Below, piece by piece: positions 30,949 to 40,543 of a stretch of 64,000 nt of DNA (position 1 is the first letter of the stretch; every line of letters begins with the position of its first letter). The notes below the pieces were generated by a model. The model did no database searches. It saw nothing but the letters and a program-made list of their open reading frames with translations, and had not been told where the DNA came from. The position numbers and the translations under genes are program-made. This DNA is from an uncultured bacterium (GTDB taxonomy: Bacteria > Zixibacteria > MSB-5A5 > UBA10806). The stretch covers positions 96,001 to 160,000 of the forward strand of contig CBEUCH010000004.1 in assembly GCA_965541585.1 (NCBI GenBank). Direction: 5' to 3'.

Positions 30949-32676
30949 CTAAAACAGGACATGTGCCCTGGCGGATAGCACCGGAGACTTATCAATATCG
31001 TCAAGCCGTTGGGCCAGGTTCAATCGCAGAAAATCGCCGATGAGAAGCGCGATTCCGGCGTCAGTCTTAAACTCGGCCGATTCGAAATCGCTTCCCGAGA
31101 AAGCCGCCTTGCCGCCGTCGAAGAAGACACCGGCGCCAAAATTGCTATCGAAGAAACTCCAGATGTAATCGACATTGAATAACATATACCTGTTGCCCTC
31201 GAACTCTTTATACTTATATCCCCTGAGGGATCCTATGCCACCCAGAAAATATCTTCTGAAAAGCGGCAGGTTATCATCGGAGTAACCGCCGCGGAAGCGG
31301 AAGAAAAAAGTCTGGTCGGATGTCATCGGGTAGTACGCCTTGAATTCAGCGTCGACCTTCCGGTAATCGAAACCCCCGGAGTCGGAATCAACCGTTTGCG
31401 CGTACGAGACCAGGGCCAGAATCCCGGAGTTGGCTTCATATTCGTCGTCGCGCGTATCGAAGGTTCCACTCAAGCCGAATTCTTTAAGATCGCCTTCCAT
31501 TCCGAGAATAGCGGTCGAATCGGGCAGAACCGTGGACCAATTCTCTCTGAATTTCTTCTTACCGCCGAACAGGGCCTTCTCGGCGGTTTTTTCGAGCGTC
31601 TCTATTTTTGCCCCGGTATATTGCGCGCCGAACTCAAGATAATCGTCATACCATATTCCTACGCCGCCTGAGAATCCTCTCATCCAGTAGAAATCGTAAA
31701 AATCCTCCTTTAAGAAAATACCGGCGATCGAATTCTCCGCCTCCCAGGGCATGAGCCAGCGATCCGAGGTTTCCGCCACACGATACATCCTGCCGAAGAA
31801 AGATGGCCCCCACACCCCGCCCACCTTTTGTTCGATCTGCAGATCGTATTCCCATCTTTTCAGTGTAAAGGCATAGAGCGCCTCAAATTCCAGAGTAGGA
31901 TAATCGCCGTATTTGCTCTCATACCGCATGCTCGGCCCGAGCGTGAATCCTTCCACGCGGTTGAAACGAGCTCCGACACCGAAACTTCCCTTATGCTTCT
32001 TGCTCTTGAATTCCGCAACCGTTGCTTTATCGCCCTCGACTACAACATCCTCATCCTGAAAAATAGTTCCGAACGGTGCGGCGACATCTCCCGCGATATA
32101 TGCATCGCCCTGCAGGAAAACATCGCCAAAAACCGAGACCACATCGCCACTGACCTTCCCATATACGGTAACATCGCCGCCAATAGAGACTACATCACCG
32201 ATGACCCGAATATCACCTTCGATCACAACATCACCGAATTTCACGATATCGTCTTCGGTGTCGGTATAAACCGTGGCCAGCCTTTTTCGCCTGATTACGC
32301 GATCTTCTCGATCGCCGTACCTGATTTCAAGACCGTATTTCTCTTCCTCTTTATCAACGGAGAGTCGTTCGAGCTCTTCCTCCGTCAACTCGACCCCATC
32401 GATATAAATCTTACCATCTTCTATAATCAACTCGTCCTCGACCACTATGCCTGAGTCTGTTCTGGTGAAATCATCACGGGCAATCGTGACAGTTCTAAAC
32501 GAACCATCCTTCTCGAGTATAATCGTTACAGAATCCGCCGAGATCGATATTTCTACTATACCGCCGTCGCCTTCCGGCTCCACCGTCTCTCCGACAGAGA
32601 ATAGCAACATGGTGAGTATCAGACCTGCTGTAATTCCCCATACTACGCCCCAAACGATTTCTTTGTTCCTATCCAT
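30949..32676 (-). CDS. Omp85/BamA-TamA-like beta-barrel protein with an N-terminal GDV-repeat (bactofilin-like) domain
   Basis: Repeated GDVV/GDVT motifs; RFNRVEG; LGGIGSLRGY; FFDGG; terminal Phe. Confidence 0.65.
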   Translation of the reverse strand: MDRNKEIVWGVVWGITAGLILTMLLFSVGETVEPEGDGGIVEISISADSVTIILEKDGSFRTVTIARDDFTRTDSGIVVEDELIIEDGKIYIDGVELTEEELERLSVDKEEEKYGLEIRYGDREDRVIRRKRLATVYTDTEDDIVKFGDVVIEGDIRVIGDVVSIGGDVTVYGKVSGDVVSVFGDVFLQGDAYIAGDVAAPFGTIFQDEDVVVEGDKATVAEFKSKKHKGSFGVGARFNRVEGFTLGPSMRYESKYGDYPTLEFEALYAFTLKRWEYDLQIEQKVGGVWGPSFFGRMYRVAETSDRWLMPWEAENSIAGIFLKEDFYDFYWMRGFSGGVGIWYDDYLEFGAQYTGAKIETLEKTAEKALFGGKKKFRENWSTVLPDSTAILGMEGDLKEFGLSGTFDTRDDEYEANSGILALVSYAQTVDSDSGGFDYRKVDAEFKAYYPMTSDQTFFFRFRGGYSDDNLPLFRRYFLGGIGSLRGYKYKEFEGNRYMLFNVDYIWSFFDSNFGAGVFFDGGKAAFSGSDFESAEFKTDAGIALLIGDFLRLNLAQRLDDIDKSPVLSARAHVLF

Positions 32677-32714
32677 TGCTTCTCCTTTTGTTTAACATTC
32701 CTGTAGGATCACTT

Positions 32715-32731
32715 ATGCAAACCCTGTGCCT
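32715..32731 (-). promoter_or_regulatory. Putative sigma54 (-24/-12) promoter
   Basis: Minus strand AGGCACAGGGTTTGCAT (GG-N10-GC), about 40 nt upstream of ATG 32676. Confidence 0.7.
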
Positions 32732-32941
32732 GGAGGCATGTTTCTTAACCTGTTGGGATTAATGTAGATAACCGATTACCGCAATGCCCTCCCGTGTGTG
32801 TTCCACACGATTATGCATAACATCGTGGCGTAATATCACAGGAATAGCCTCTAATTGGTAACGAGTAAGCTCTATCCAAAAGGGAATATCGGGAGATTAA
32901 AGTCTGATTTATCTCTTGCCGGTAGCGTCTTTAAGGATAAG

Positions 32942-32970
32942 TTGACTTGCCCTTTGCATGCCGGTATATT
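32942..32970 (+). promoter_or_regulatory. Putative sigma70 promoter
   Basis: TTGACT-17nt-TATATT, then SD GAGGA and ATG 32987. Confidence 0.6.
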
Positions 32971-32986
32971 CACCCGAGGAGACAGC

Positions 32987-33946
32987 ATGAGGATACCATT
33001 TTTGGCAAAGTTGCTTTCTATATTTTCTTTTACCCTGGTTGCATCTGCTCAGGACCTGCCGCCGCTGGATCTGAATTTGAACCTGGAGGCCGGAAGCAGC
33101 TATATGTGCGTGATGCAGATGAATCAAGATTTAGCGCAGACGACTGGTGGACATGATCAGACACTCGAGCAAGAGCTTTTGATATCCTGGAGATATGATG
33201 TTATCGGGAGCAATGATAATGGCGATATCGATATCAAACTGACATACAGCCGGATAAAAATAAAACAGGATTTCGGCTTCCAATCGTCAGAATACGATTC
33301 CGACTCCCCACCCGATTATATCGAGCCATCTATGAGGGGATATGGAGTCGCCGTGGGATCAGAGCTCGGTGTCAGGATGAGCAAGAAAGGCCATGTCATA
33401 GAGATGCAGGGCGTAGATTCCATGCTCGATAAGATGATAGAAGAACTGGACCTTCCTGATTTGCCGGCTAAAAACCAGATGATCGCCGCCATGAGGAGCC
33501 AGTTCGGGGAGGATGCCTTAAAACATGCACTCGAACAGATTACCGGATTTTACCCGGAATCGCTGGTGAATCCAAAAGATAAATGGACTTCGGAGAAATT
33601 AGTGAGCGCCGGATTTCCAATGAAAGTAGTCGACAATTACACCCTGCGATCCAGGAAGAACGGCATAGCCAATATAGACGTTTCATCTGTGATAACCTCG
33701 AGTCCTGACAGTGAAGGTGTCCAGATGGGTCCCGTGAGTATATTCTACGATATCACAGGAGCGCATACCGGCTCTATCGAGGTGGATGAATCGACCGGCT
33801 TGCCGATAAGGTCCGAGATCGATATGAGCCTTTCCGGAACGGTCAGAGCCTCAGGCATACCGGATGAGGAACCGCAGTCCTGGCCGATACGCGCCGATGG
33901 CCGGGTGGTGGTTACCTTTGAGACGCTGGAGAATGCGGGACCTTGA
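32987..33946 (+). CDS. DUF6263-like exported protein
   Basis: Signal peptide; L.LNLE.G..Y; EYDSDSP; W...; VDESTG. Paralogue of 34967-35914. Confidence 0.65.
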   Translation: MRIPFLAKLLSIFSFTLVASAQDLPPLDLNLNLEAGSSYMCVMQMNQDLAQTTGGHDQTLEQELLISWRYDVIGSNDNGDIDIKLTYSRIKIKQDFGFQSSEYDSDSPPDYIEPSMRGYGVAVGSELGVRMSKKGHVIEMQGVDSMLDKMIEELDLPDLPAKNQMIAAMRSQFGEDALKHALEQITGFYPESLVNPKDKWTSEKLVSAGFPMKVVDNYTLRSRKNGIANIDVSSVITSSPDSEGVQMGPVSIFYDITGAHTGSIEVDESTGLPIRSEIDMSLSGTVRASGIPDEEPQSWPIRADGRVVVTFETLENAGP

Positions 33947-34125
33947 TCCGGCAGGCCTGATATAGATCTGCCATCGCAATCATCATATAGCGAAGATCAG
34001 AGTGAGCTTTCGCCCACTTTTAGCTTTACTCCGAATAGAGAAAACCGATAATATTATGTGAATGGCAGAGCTCACTTTTGGGGTTGAGGTGTGAGCATAT
34101 GGGAATTCAATACTAAGGAGGAGAT

Positions 34126-34764
34126 ATGTGGATGAGACCGGCCTTATTGATATCGCTTTTGATGTTCCTGGGCGGCTCAATTGATAGTGTCCATGCCGAT
34201 GTTAATATCGGGATAAAGGCGGATGAAAGCGGGATCAAGGAGTTCTACCTCGCCATCGGGGATCATTACAAGGCGCCCGAGAAAGAGGTGGTATTGGTAA
34301 GAAAACGGGGCATTCCCGACGATGATCTGCCGGTGGTGTTTTTTCTCTCTAAACGGGCTGGTGTTTCTCCCGGTGTGATAATCGATCTTCACCTCGGCGG
34401 AAAATCGTGGATGGATATCACTTTCCATTACGGCTTGACGGCGGAGATTTATTACGTCGAGGTCAAGGAAATCAAAGGTCCGCCCTATGGCAAGGCCTAC
34501 GGCCACTTTAAGAAAAAACCGAAGAAAGGCTGGAAAACCATAAAACTCGTCGATGCTGATATAGTCAATTTTGTGAATTTAAGATTTCTTTCAGAACATT
34601 ACGGCTATTCCCCGGATGAGATTATCACCATGAGATCGAAGGGTGATAGTTTCGTCAACATAAATGCCAAAGTGAAGAAGGCGAAAAACGACGCGAAAGC
34701 CAGGAAGAAGGCAAAAACTGTCGCCAAGAAGCAAAAAGCCAAAGCCAAGGGCAAGAAGAAATAG
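34126..34764 (+). CDS. Exported hypothetical protein with Lys-rich tail
   Basis: Strong SD AAGGAGGAG; signal peptide; GPPYGKAYGH; K/A-rich C-terminus. Confidence 0.75.
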   Translation: MWMRPALLISLLMFLGGSIDSVHADVNIGIKADESGIKEFYLAIGDHYKAPEKEVVLVRKRGIPDDDLPVVFFLSKRAGVSPGVIIDLHLGGKSWMDITFHYGLTAEIYYVEVKEIKGPPYGKAYGHFKKKPKKGWKTIKLVDADIVNFVNLRFLSEHYGYSPDEIITMRSKGDSFVNINAKVKKAKNDAKARKKAKTVAKKQKAKAKGKKK

Positions 34765-34794
34765 ACAGTATCTAAAGAATATAAATTAAAATTG

Positions 34795-34825
34795 AATCGC
34801 CGGGCTCAATTGGCCGGCGATTTTT
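34795..34825 (+). terminator. Rho-independent terminator
   Basis: ATCGCCGG..CCGGCGAT followed by a T-run. Confidence 0.65.
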
Positions 34826-34966
34826 GTTGGGATTGATTACGAGCGGAAGAAGGGAGAATTATAAGATTGACATGGAATAAAGCCTTGTCTTACCTTGATA
34901 CGGGTCCTTATAGGGTAAAGCGAGGGAATAAAATAAAGCGAACATAGGCTAAACAAGGAGATACTC

Positions 34967-35914
34967 ATGAAACGTCTGATTTTTCATATTATCCCGGTCA
35001 TCATTTTGATATTCTCAGCGTGCAGGTTTGTGTCACGCGGCGAGTTAGATCTTCGGCTTAACCTCCAAAAAGGGGATAAGTATCGTGTTGTTGCCGACGT
35101 TACTCACCTAATGGCGCAGTCGCTTGGCGAGAGGGATACGACAATATCGTCCCGAACCAAAGTTCATTATACATATCATGTGTTGGACATCGACAAGGAC
35201 GGCAACTACGATATTATGGAATCATTTGACAAAATCATCATTAGTTCTGGTGTGGACGACGATGTGATCGAATATGATTCTGACAATCCACCGCAGGATC
35301 TCGATCCATCATCGGCCGCTATGAATGACTTTATGGGGGCTGAAATTCAGATCAAGATATCACCCGATGGCGAAGTGCTTGAGATTGCAGGAGCCAGAGA
35401 ATTAATGCTCAAGCTAATGGAGCAAAACGAAGATGCCGACTCCGCTTTTCAGGAATCGTATTTAGAGGTTCTTGATAAACTGTTCGGGGAAAACGGGTTT
35501 GCAAAATCTATGAATCAAACCTTCGCCTACCTGCCCGGAAAACCTGTCAGAATTGGAGATAGCTGGAGCTCTGGATATCAAATCAATATCGTCATGAATA
35601 TCAACCTATCAACCCAGTATACACTTAAATCGCGCGAACAAGGCGTTGCCATAATAGACGTAAATTCTTCAGTATCTACTGATACCCTGATGCTCGGGGA
35701 TGGGCAGAAGGAAGAAGATTTTTCCTTCAGTATGGAAGGAAGCATGACAGGTGTCTTTCGGGTCGATGAAAGTAGCGGTATTCTCATTTCAGGCGAAATT
35801 GAGGTGACCATGTCAGGCCATATAGATGTGCCTCTCGCCTTCGGTATGGACCCGGCAGAGGCTCCATTTACAATAAGAATGATCGTCGTTACAAAAATGG
35901 AAAAAATAGCTTAA
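34967..35914 (+). CDS. DUF6263-like lipoprotein
   Basis: Lipobox FSAC; LRLNLQKGDKY; EYDSDNP; PVRIGDSW; VDESSG. Confidence 0.65.
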   Translation: MKRLIFHIIPVIILIFSACRFVSRGELDLRLNLQKGDKYRVVADVTHLMAQSLGERDTTISSRTKVHYTYHVLDIDKDGNYDIMESFDKIIISSGVDDDVIEYDSDNPPQDLDPSSAAMNDFMGAEIQIKISPDGEVLEIAGARELMLKLMEQNEDADSAFQESYLEVLDKLFGENGFAKSMNQTFAYLPGKPVRIGDSWSSGYQINIVMNINLSTQYTLKSREQGVAIIDVNSSVSTDTLMLGDGQKEEDFSFSMEGSMTGVFRVDESSGILISGEIEVTMSGHIDVPLAFGMDPAEAPFTIRMIVVTKMEKIA

Positions 35915-36768
35915 TTTCGTATTAGAATAATTATATTATCCAGAAGCCTTACTCCCTCTATCACAACCACCAACGATATCATAACCTGTCCTGAAAGCTC
36001 TTTTAGCGGGCCGAGATCATCCCAGCGGTTAAATGATATGTAATCGATCTTCACCCCGGGAACAGATTTTATCAGTTTTCGCATCCTGAATTCAATGATG
36101 CCAGTTCTTCTCTCGCCTTTTCTTATCATATCCGACGCCAGCTGAAGTGACTGCCTGATAACGGTGGCTTTATCGAGGCCTTGTTTACTCAGGTAAGAAT
36201 GCCTTGAGGATAATGCTATACCGGTTTTGGTTCTCACTATGGGGCCTTTGATAATCTTAAGATCAAAATCGAGATCTTTAACCATCCGTTTTATGACAGC
36301 CAATTGCTGGCCGTCCTTCTGGCCGAATACTGCGAGATGCGGTTTGGTGATATTAAATAGCTTCGCACAGACCGTCGCCACACCGCGGAAATGCACCGGC
36401 CGCCTGGCGCCCTCCAGAATATCAGTCATGCCATCGATATTGACGTACGTCGAATGGCCCGCAGGATATATATCATCCACCGACGGATGAAAGACTATCT
36501 GAGCACCGGCCTTTTCCAATTTTTCGCAGTCCGATTTGAACGCTTCAGGATATTTTGCGAAATCCTCACCGGGGCCGAACTGCGCAGGGTTGACAAACAC
36601 CGAAACGATGACGATATCCGATTTCTTAACTGCGATATCGACCAGCTTGAGGTGTCCCGCATGGAGGGCTCCCATAGTCGGCACCAGGCCGATGATTTTG
36701 CCATCCGCCCTGAGCGACTCCGATAGAGTCTGCATTTTTTTAGGCGATTTGATTATAAGGAGGGGCAT
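35911..36768 (-). CDS. panC: Pantoate--beta-alanine ligase
   Basis: VPTMGALHAGH, FVNPAQF, RPVHFRGV, FGQKD, ALSSR, RLLDN. Confidence 0.95.
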   Translation of the reverse strand: MPLLIIKSPKKMQTLSESLRADGKIIGLVPTMGALHAGHLKLVDIAVKKSDIVIVSVFVNPAQFGPGEDFAKYPEAFKSDCEKLEKAGAQIVFHPSVDDIYPAGHSTYVNIDGMTDILEGARRPVHFRGVATVCAKLFNITKPHLAVFGQKDGQQLAVIKRMVKDLDFDLKIIKGPIVRTKTGIALSSRHSYLSKQGLDKATVIRQSLQLASDMIRKGERRTGIIEFRMRKLIKSVPGVKIDYISFNRWDDLGPLKELSGQVMISLVVVIEGVRLLDNIIILIRN

Positions 36769-36837
36769 TCTTGGAAATATTCCAGATTCTCTAATAAATG
36801 ATACGTTGTAGGGGCGTATAATGATATATAACCAGTA

Positions 36838-37668
36838 CTACTTATAACTTTCCTCTTCCCCCGGGAACTTGCCGTTTCTGACATCGTCTATGTACTCCGT
36901 TACGGCTTTTCTGATGATTCCGGCCAGATCGGCGTAGGCGCGGACGAATTTCGGGCGGAACTCCTCGAAGAGGCCGATCATATCGGAGATCACCAACACC
37001 TGGCCATCGCAATGCGGCCCGGCGCCGATCCCGATGGTGGGTATCCGGACCGATTCGGTTATCTCCCTTGCCACGTCCGGGAGGACGGATTCCAGAACCA
37101 TGGAAAAGCAGCCGGCATCCTGCAAAGCCTTGGCGGATTGCAAAAGGTACTTTTTCTGTTTCTCCGTTTTCCCCATAACGAGATAGCCGCCGAATTTATT
37201 CACCGATTGGGGGGTCAAACCGATATGCCCCATAACCGGTATGCCGAGATCGACCATGCGAAGTATCAGGGGGGCAATCTCGGAGCCGCCCTCGAGTTTC
37301 ACCGCCTGGGCTCCCGCTTCTTTCAGAAAACGTCCGGCGTTGCGGATAGCATCGGTTTCCGACGTCTGAAAGCTCAAGAACGGCATATCGCCCACAACCA
37401 GGGCCCTGCTTACGCCTCTTACCACGGCTTTAGACAGAAAGATCATCTCGTCCATGGTGATCGGCAGTGTATTCTCATGTCCCGCCACCACAGTCCCGGC
37501 GGAGTCGCCCACCAGTATACAATCGATACCGGCGGAATCCAAAATCTTGGCGGTCGGGAAATCGTAGGCGGTGAGAACAGCTATCTTCTTCCCGTTTTGC
37601 TTCAGCCTCCTGAAGCTACGAGTGGTGACCCTGCCCTTGTTCATCTTCTCTCCGGGCTGATTACCCAT
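36838..37668 (-). CDS. panB: 3-methyl-2-oxobutanoate hydroxymethyltransferase
   Basis: LTAYD, LVGDS, DMPF, VKLEGG, GHIGLTPQ, IGIGAG..CDGQVLV. Confidence 0.96.
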   Translation of the reverse strand: MGNQPGEKMNKGRVTTRSFRRLKQNGKKIAVLTAYDFPTAKILDSAGIDCILVGDSAGTVVAGHENTLPITMDEMIFLSKAVVRGVSRALVVGDMPFLSFQTSETDAIRNAGRFLKEAGAQAVKLEGGSEIAPLILRMVDLGIPVMGHIGLTPQSVNKFGGYLVMGKTEKQKKYLLQSAKALQDAGCFSMVLESVLPDVAREITESVRIPTIGIGAGPHCDGQVLVISDMIGLFEEFRPKFVRAYADLAGIIRKAVTEYIDDVRNGKFPGEEESYK

Positions 37669-38536
37669 CCCAGACCTCGTCGGAGTTTTTGACCTTTGTC
37701 ATTTTCTGAGACATGACCTCATTTAAAGATTCGCTCAGAGGCCTGGAGGTCGACGGGTCGATGGCGTCCGGCTCGATCTCCAAAAGCGGCTCCAGCACGA
37801 AACGCCGCGTCTTCAATCGGGAATGAGGAATCATTAAATCCAGAGAATCCAGGTCGATATCACCGTAAAGCAGTATATCAATATCCATCGGCCGGGGAAG
37901 CATGTGAGTGTCGGGCTGACGTCCAAGCGCCGCCTCTATCGATTTCGTGATTCCCAGCAGGGAATGAGGATCGCAACCGGTCTCGATCTTGACGACGCAA
38001 TTTACGTAATCCGGCTGATCCGATGCCCCCACCGGCTGACTTTCATAAAGCGATGATACGGCCTTTATCCGGATGACCTCGGATTGACTCAACAGATCTA
38101 TAGCCTTCTTAATATTGCCTTCTCTATCACCCTCGTTGGCCCCCAGTCCTAAAAAAACATTAGCCACCTTAAATACCTCCAGCTTATCTCCCGAAGTTTC
38201 CACTTCCACATAATCTATGTTGCCCGGAACGGGAGGGATTCTCTTACGCACCCGCAGCGTAACTCTCGGTGCCCCCGTTTTTTTCTGGATTTCCCTCCTC
38301 AATCTCTCGGCAAGCGTCTCCAGAAGATTATAACGGTGGTTTTCGAGAAATTCCTCCACAATCTTATAAACGGACAAATAGCTCACGGCATCATCGAGAT
38401 GATCGCTGTCGGCCGCCCTCGTGATATCGGTTTCGATCTCGCAATCGACCTCGTAACGACGGCCTGTTTCCCTTTCGGCGGCGGCCACACCGTGGTAGCC
38501 ATAAAAGATCATGTTCACCAGCCTGATGAATGCCAC
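37661..38536 (-). CDS. folB: Bifunctional dihydroneopterin aldolase / HPPK (FolB-FolK fusion)
   Basis: FYGYHGV..ER..G, VSY, NLLETLA (FolB) followed by FLGLGANEG, SSLYES, PRPMDIDIL, IPH, RRFVLEPL (FolK). Confidence 0.9.
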   Translation of the reverse strand: MAFIRLVNMIFYGYHGVAAAERETGRRYEVDCEIETDITRAADSDHLDDAVSYLSVYKIVEEFLENHRYNLLETLAERLRREIQKKTGAPRVTLRVRKRIPPVPGNIDYVEVETSGDKLEVFKVANVFLGLGANEGDREGNIKKAIDLLSQSEVIRIKAVSSLYESQPVGASDQPDYVNCVVKIETGCDPHSLLGITKSIEAALGRQPDTHMLPRPMDIDILLYGDIDLDSLDLMIPHSRLKTRRFVLEPLLEIEPDAIDPSTSRPLSESLNEVMSQKMTKVKNSDEVWDG

Positions 38537-38551
38537 AAAAGGCCTCCTCTC

Positions 38552-39205
38552 TTAGAGCCCGTTAATTATCGAACTATCCAGGGAAATATATTCAGTTCCC
38601 CCGGGCCCGGACAATATCTTATTTACCAGGTAATTGAAATTCTCGGTATCCCTCCTGAAATCGGTGTTATCGGTTTTGATTACCAGCAGGGGAGTGCTTC
38701 TGTAGTGGAAAAAGAATTCGCTATAAGAGTCGCACACCGCCTCCAGATAATGGCGGTCAAAGTCCCCCTCGAAATCCCGGCTGCGTTTGTGAATTCGCTC
38801 CATTAAGATATCCACCGAGGCCGTAATATATATTACGAGATCGGGCCTGGCTATATTGGATTCGAGGGTCGAAGCCACCCGGTTATATAGAGACAACTCA
38901 CGCTCCGTCAAATTTACGCGGGCAAAAATCCCGTCCTTGGCAAACAGGTAATCCGAGATCAGCGCCTTTGAGAACAGGTCATGATTCAAAATCTGCTGTT
39001 GCTGAGAATAGCGTGACATCAGAAAAAAGACCTGAGTTTGAAATGCCGAGCTTTCTCTATTTTTATAGAAATCCGGCAGAAAGGGATTGTCTTCGGCCGT
39101 CTCGAGCACCAGGCGAGCCGCAAAGTGATCGGCCAGTAGTTTTGCCAGGCTGGTCTTGCCCACCCCTATGGGACCTTCGACAGCTATGTATCCGTTATAC
39201 CCCAA
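38552..39205 (-). CDS. Deoxynucleoside kinase
   Basis: IAVEGPIGVGKT, NPFL..FY, KDGIFA, RIHKRSR.FE. Confidence 0.9.
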   Translation of the reverse strand: MGYNGYIAVEGPIGVGKTSLAKLLADHFAARLVLETAEDNPFLPDFYKNRESSAFQTQVFFLMSRYSQQQQILNHDLFSKALISDYLFAKDGIFARVNLTERELSLYNRVASTLESNIARPDLVIYITASVDILMERIHKRSRDFEGDFDRHYLEAVCDSYSEFFFHYRSTPLLVIKTDNTDFRRDTENFNYLVNKILSGPGGTEYISLDSSIINGL

Positions 39206-39223
39206 AGTTCAGTTTCTGCGAAA

Positions 39224-40411
39224 TTACGTCTTTGCCCTATATTTCCTCTGCCAGATTTTGGAATGCCGGGAGATTCTGTCCAGGGCCTCCCGGAGGATTT
39301 TCTCATCAGGGAGGAGAGTTAAACGATGCCACCCTTCCCCTCCCTCGCCGAAATCGGTTCCGGGGGCGACCCTCACTCCGGCCTTCAGGAAGAGCCGTCT
39401 GGCAAAAGCCAGGGAGCTGCTCCGGGCCGGCGGTTTCACCCAGATAAAGGGAACGGACTTCCCTTCTCGTATACGCCAGCCGAGTTCTTTCAGGCCTCTC
39501 GAGAGGAATTCCCGCGACCGTTTCAACGATTTCCTGCGCGCCGCAAAAATCTCAGCGGCTCGATCCAGACCCTTAATGGCAATGGTAACACGATGGGCGT
39601 CGGGAGAAAATCCCATGGCATCGAGTAATCCCTCGAGAATCGAGATGACGTCCCTATGCCCGACTGCAAATCCCAGGCCGTTCAGACCGAATGTTGCAGC
39701 GAAGGAATGTAACTCCAGGGCCTTTTTCCTCGAGCCCTTAACCTGCAATATGGAGGCGGCGTCGGGATCGCCCGGATGGATATAAGCGCAATCCAGGACT
39801 ATCAGGATATTCTCAAACTTGATTGAATTTAGCAGGTCCCTGTAGAAATAGCTATCCACGGAGGTCCCGGTAGGGTTATGCGGATAATTCAGATACAGGA
39901 TTTTTAGTTTCTCCGGAGGAGGCTGTGTCAATGCAGATATATTAGCCACATAATCGTTTCTCTCGTTGAGCAGGTAGCTACTCGGAATACCATCAGCAAG
40001 GCAAATCGCGGATCTGAAATACTGCATCCCGGGGTCGGGATAGGCTGCAACGTCTCCGGGATTCAAAAGCGAGAGGGCCAGGGCCGATGCCGCCATCCTG
40101 ATTCCAGGCGTCAGAACAATCTCCTTTTCGGAATTTGCAATAGCGGAATTCAAGGGCAGGTGCATATCGACTATTCTGGCTTTCAATCGGGAAATCAGTT
40201 CCTGATCTGCGGGCATGCCCGGTCCTATAATTTCCGACTTGCCGATGGTATCGAATATGGATTTTAGATCCGGAAATTGGGGGTGAAGCGAACTGAGATC
40301 TATCAACTCGACCCCTCGTCCCGCAAGGCGCTTGCGAGCGAAACTCATGCGGCCCAGTGCAGGCTGAGGAATCCTCCAGAGCCGCTCGGCTTTGTCTATG
40401 AGGATCTTCAT
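39224..40411 (-). CDS. Class I/II aminotransferase-fold protein (LL-DAP aminotransferase-like) lacking the canonical PLP lysine
   Basis: NYPHNPTG, DCAY and PG.DFG..GEGW.R are present, but HSFAATFG replaces the expected HSxSKT. Confidence 0.75.
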   Translation of the reverse strand: MKILIDKAERLWRIPQPALGRMSFARKRLAGRGVELIDLSSLHPQFPDLKSIFDTIGKSEIIGPGMPADQELISRLKARIVDMHLPLNSAIANSEKEIVLTPGIRMAASALALSLLNPGDVAAYPDPGMQYFRSAICLADGIPSSYLLNERNDYVANISALTQPPPEKLKILYLNYPHNPTGTSVDSYFYRDLLNSIKFENILIVLDCAYIHPGDPDAASILQVKGSRKKALELHSFAATFGLNGLGFAVGHRDVISILEGLLDAMGFSPDAHRVTIAIKGLDRAAEIFAARRKSLKRSREFLSRGLKELGWRIREGKSVPFIWVKPPARSSSLAFARRLFLKAGVRVAPGTDFGEGGEGWHRLTLLPDEKILREALDRISRHSKIWQRKYRAKT

Positions 40412-40543
40412 TGCCAATGACCTGGTTGCCCGGATGCGCTCCTGTCCGGGGTTGGGGCATTACCTCCTCCGTTCCCCGGCCGAAATTCCAGTTCACTCAT
40501 TTGTTCACACCGGACTGTGTAATCAATATTATTCCTACGGTTA

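Noticed and set aside
36808..36825. GTAGGGGCGTAT REP-like remnant between panB and panC
   Set aside because: The second arm of the palindrome is missing, so it is too degenerate to call.
40408..40500. 30-aa ORF (MSELEFRPG...) overlapping the aminotransferase start
   Set aside because: It has no SD and no recognisable motif, so support is insufficient.
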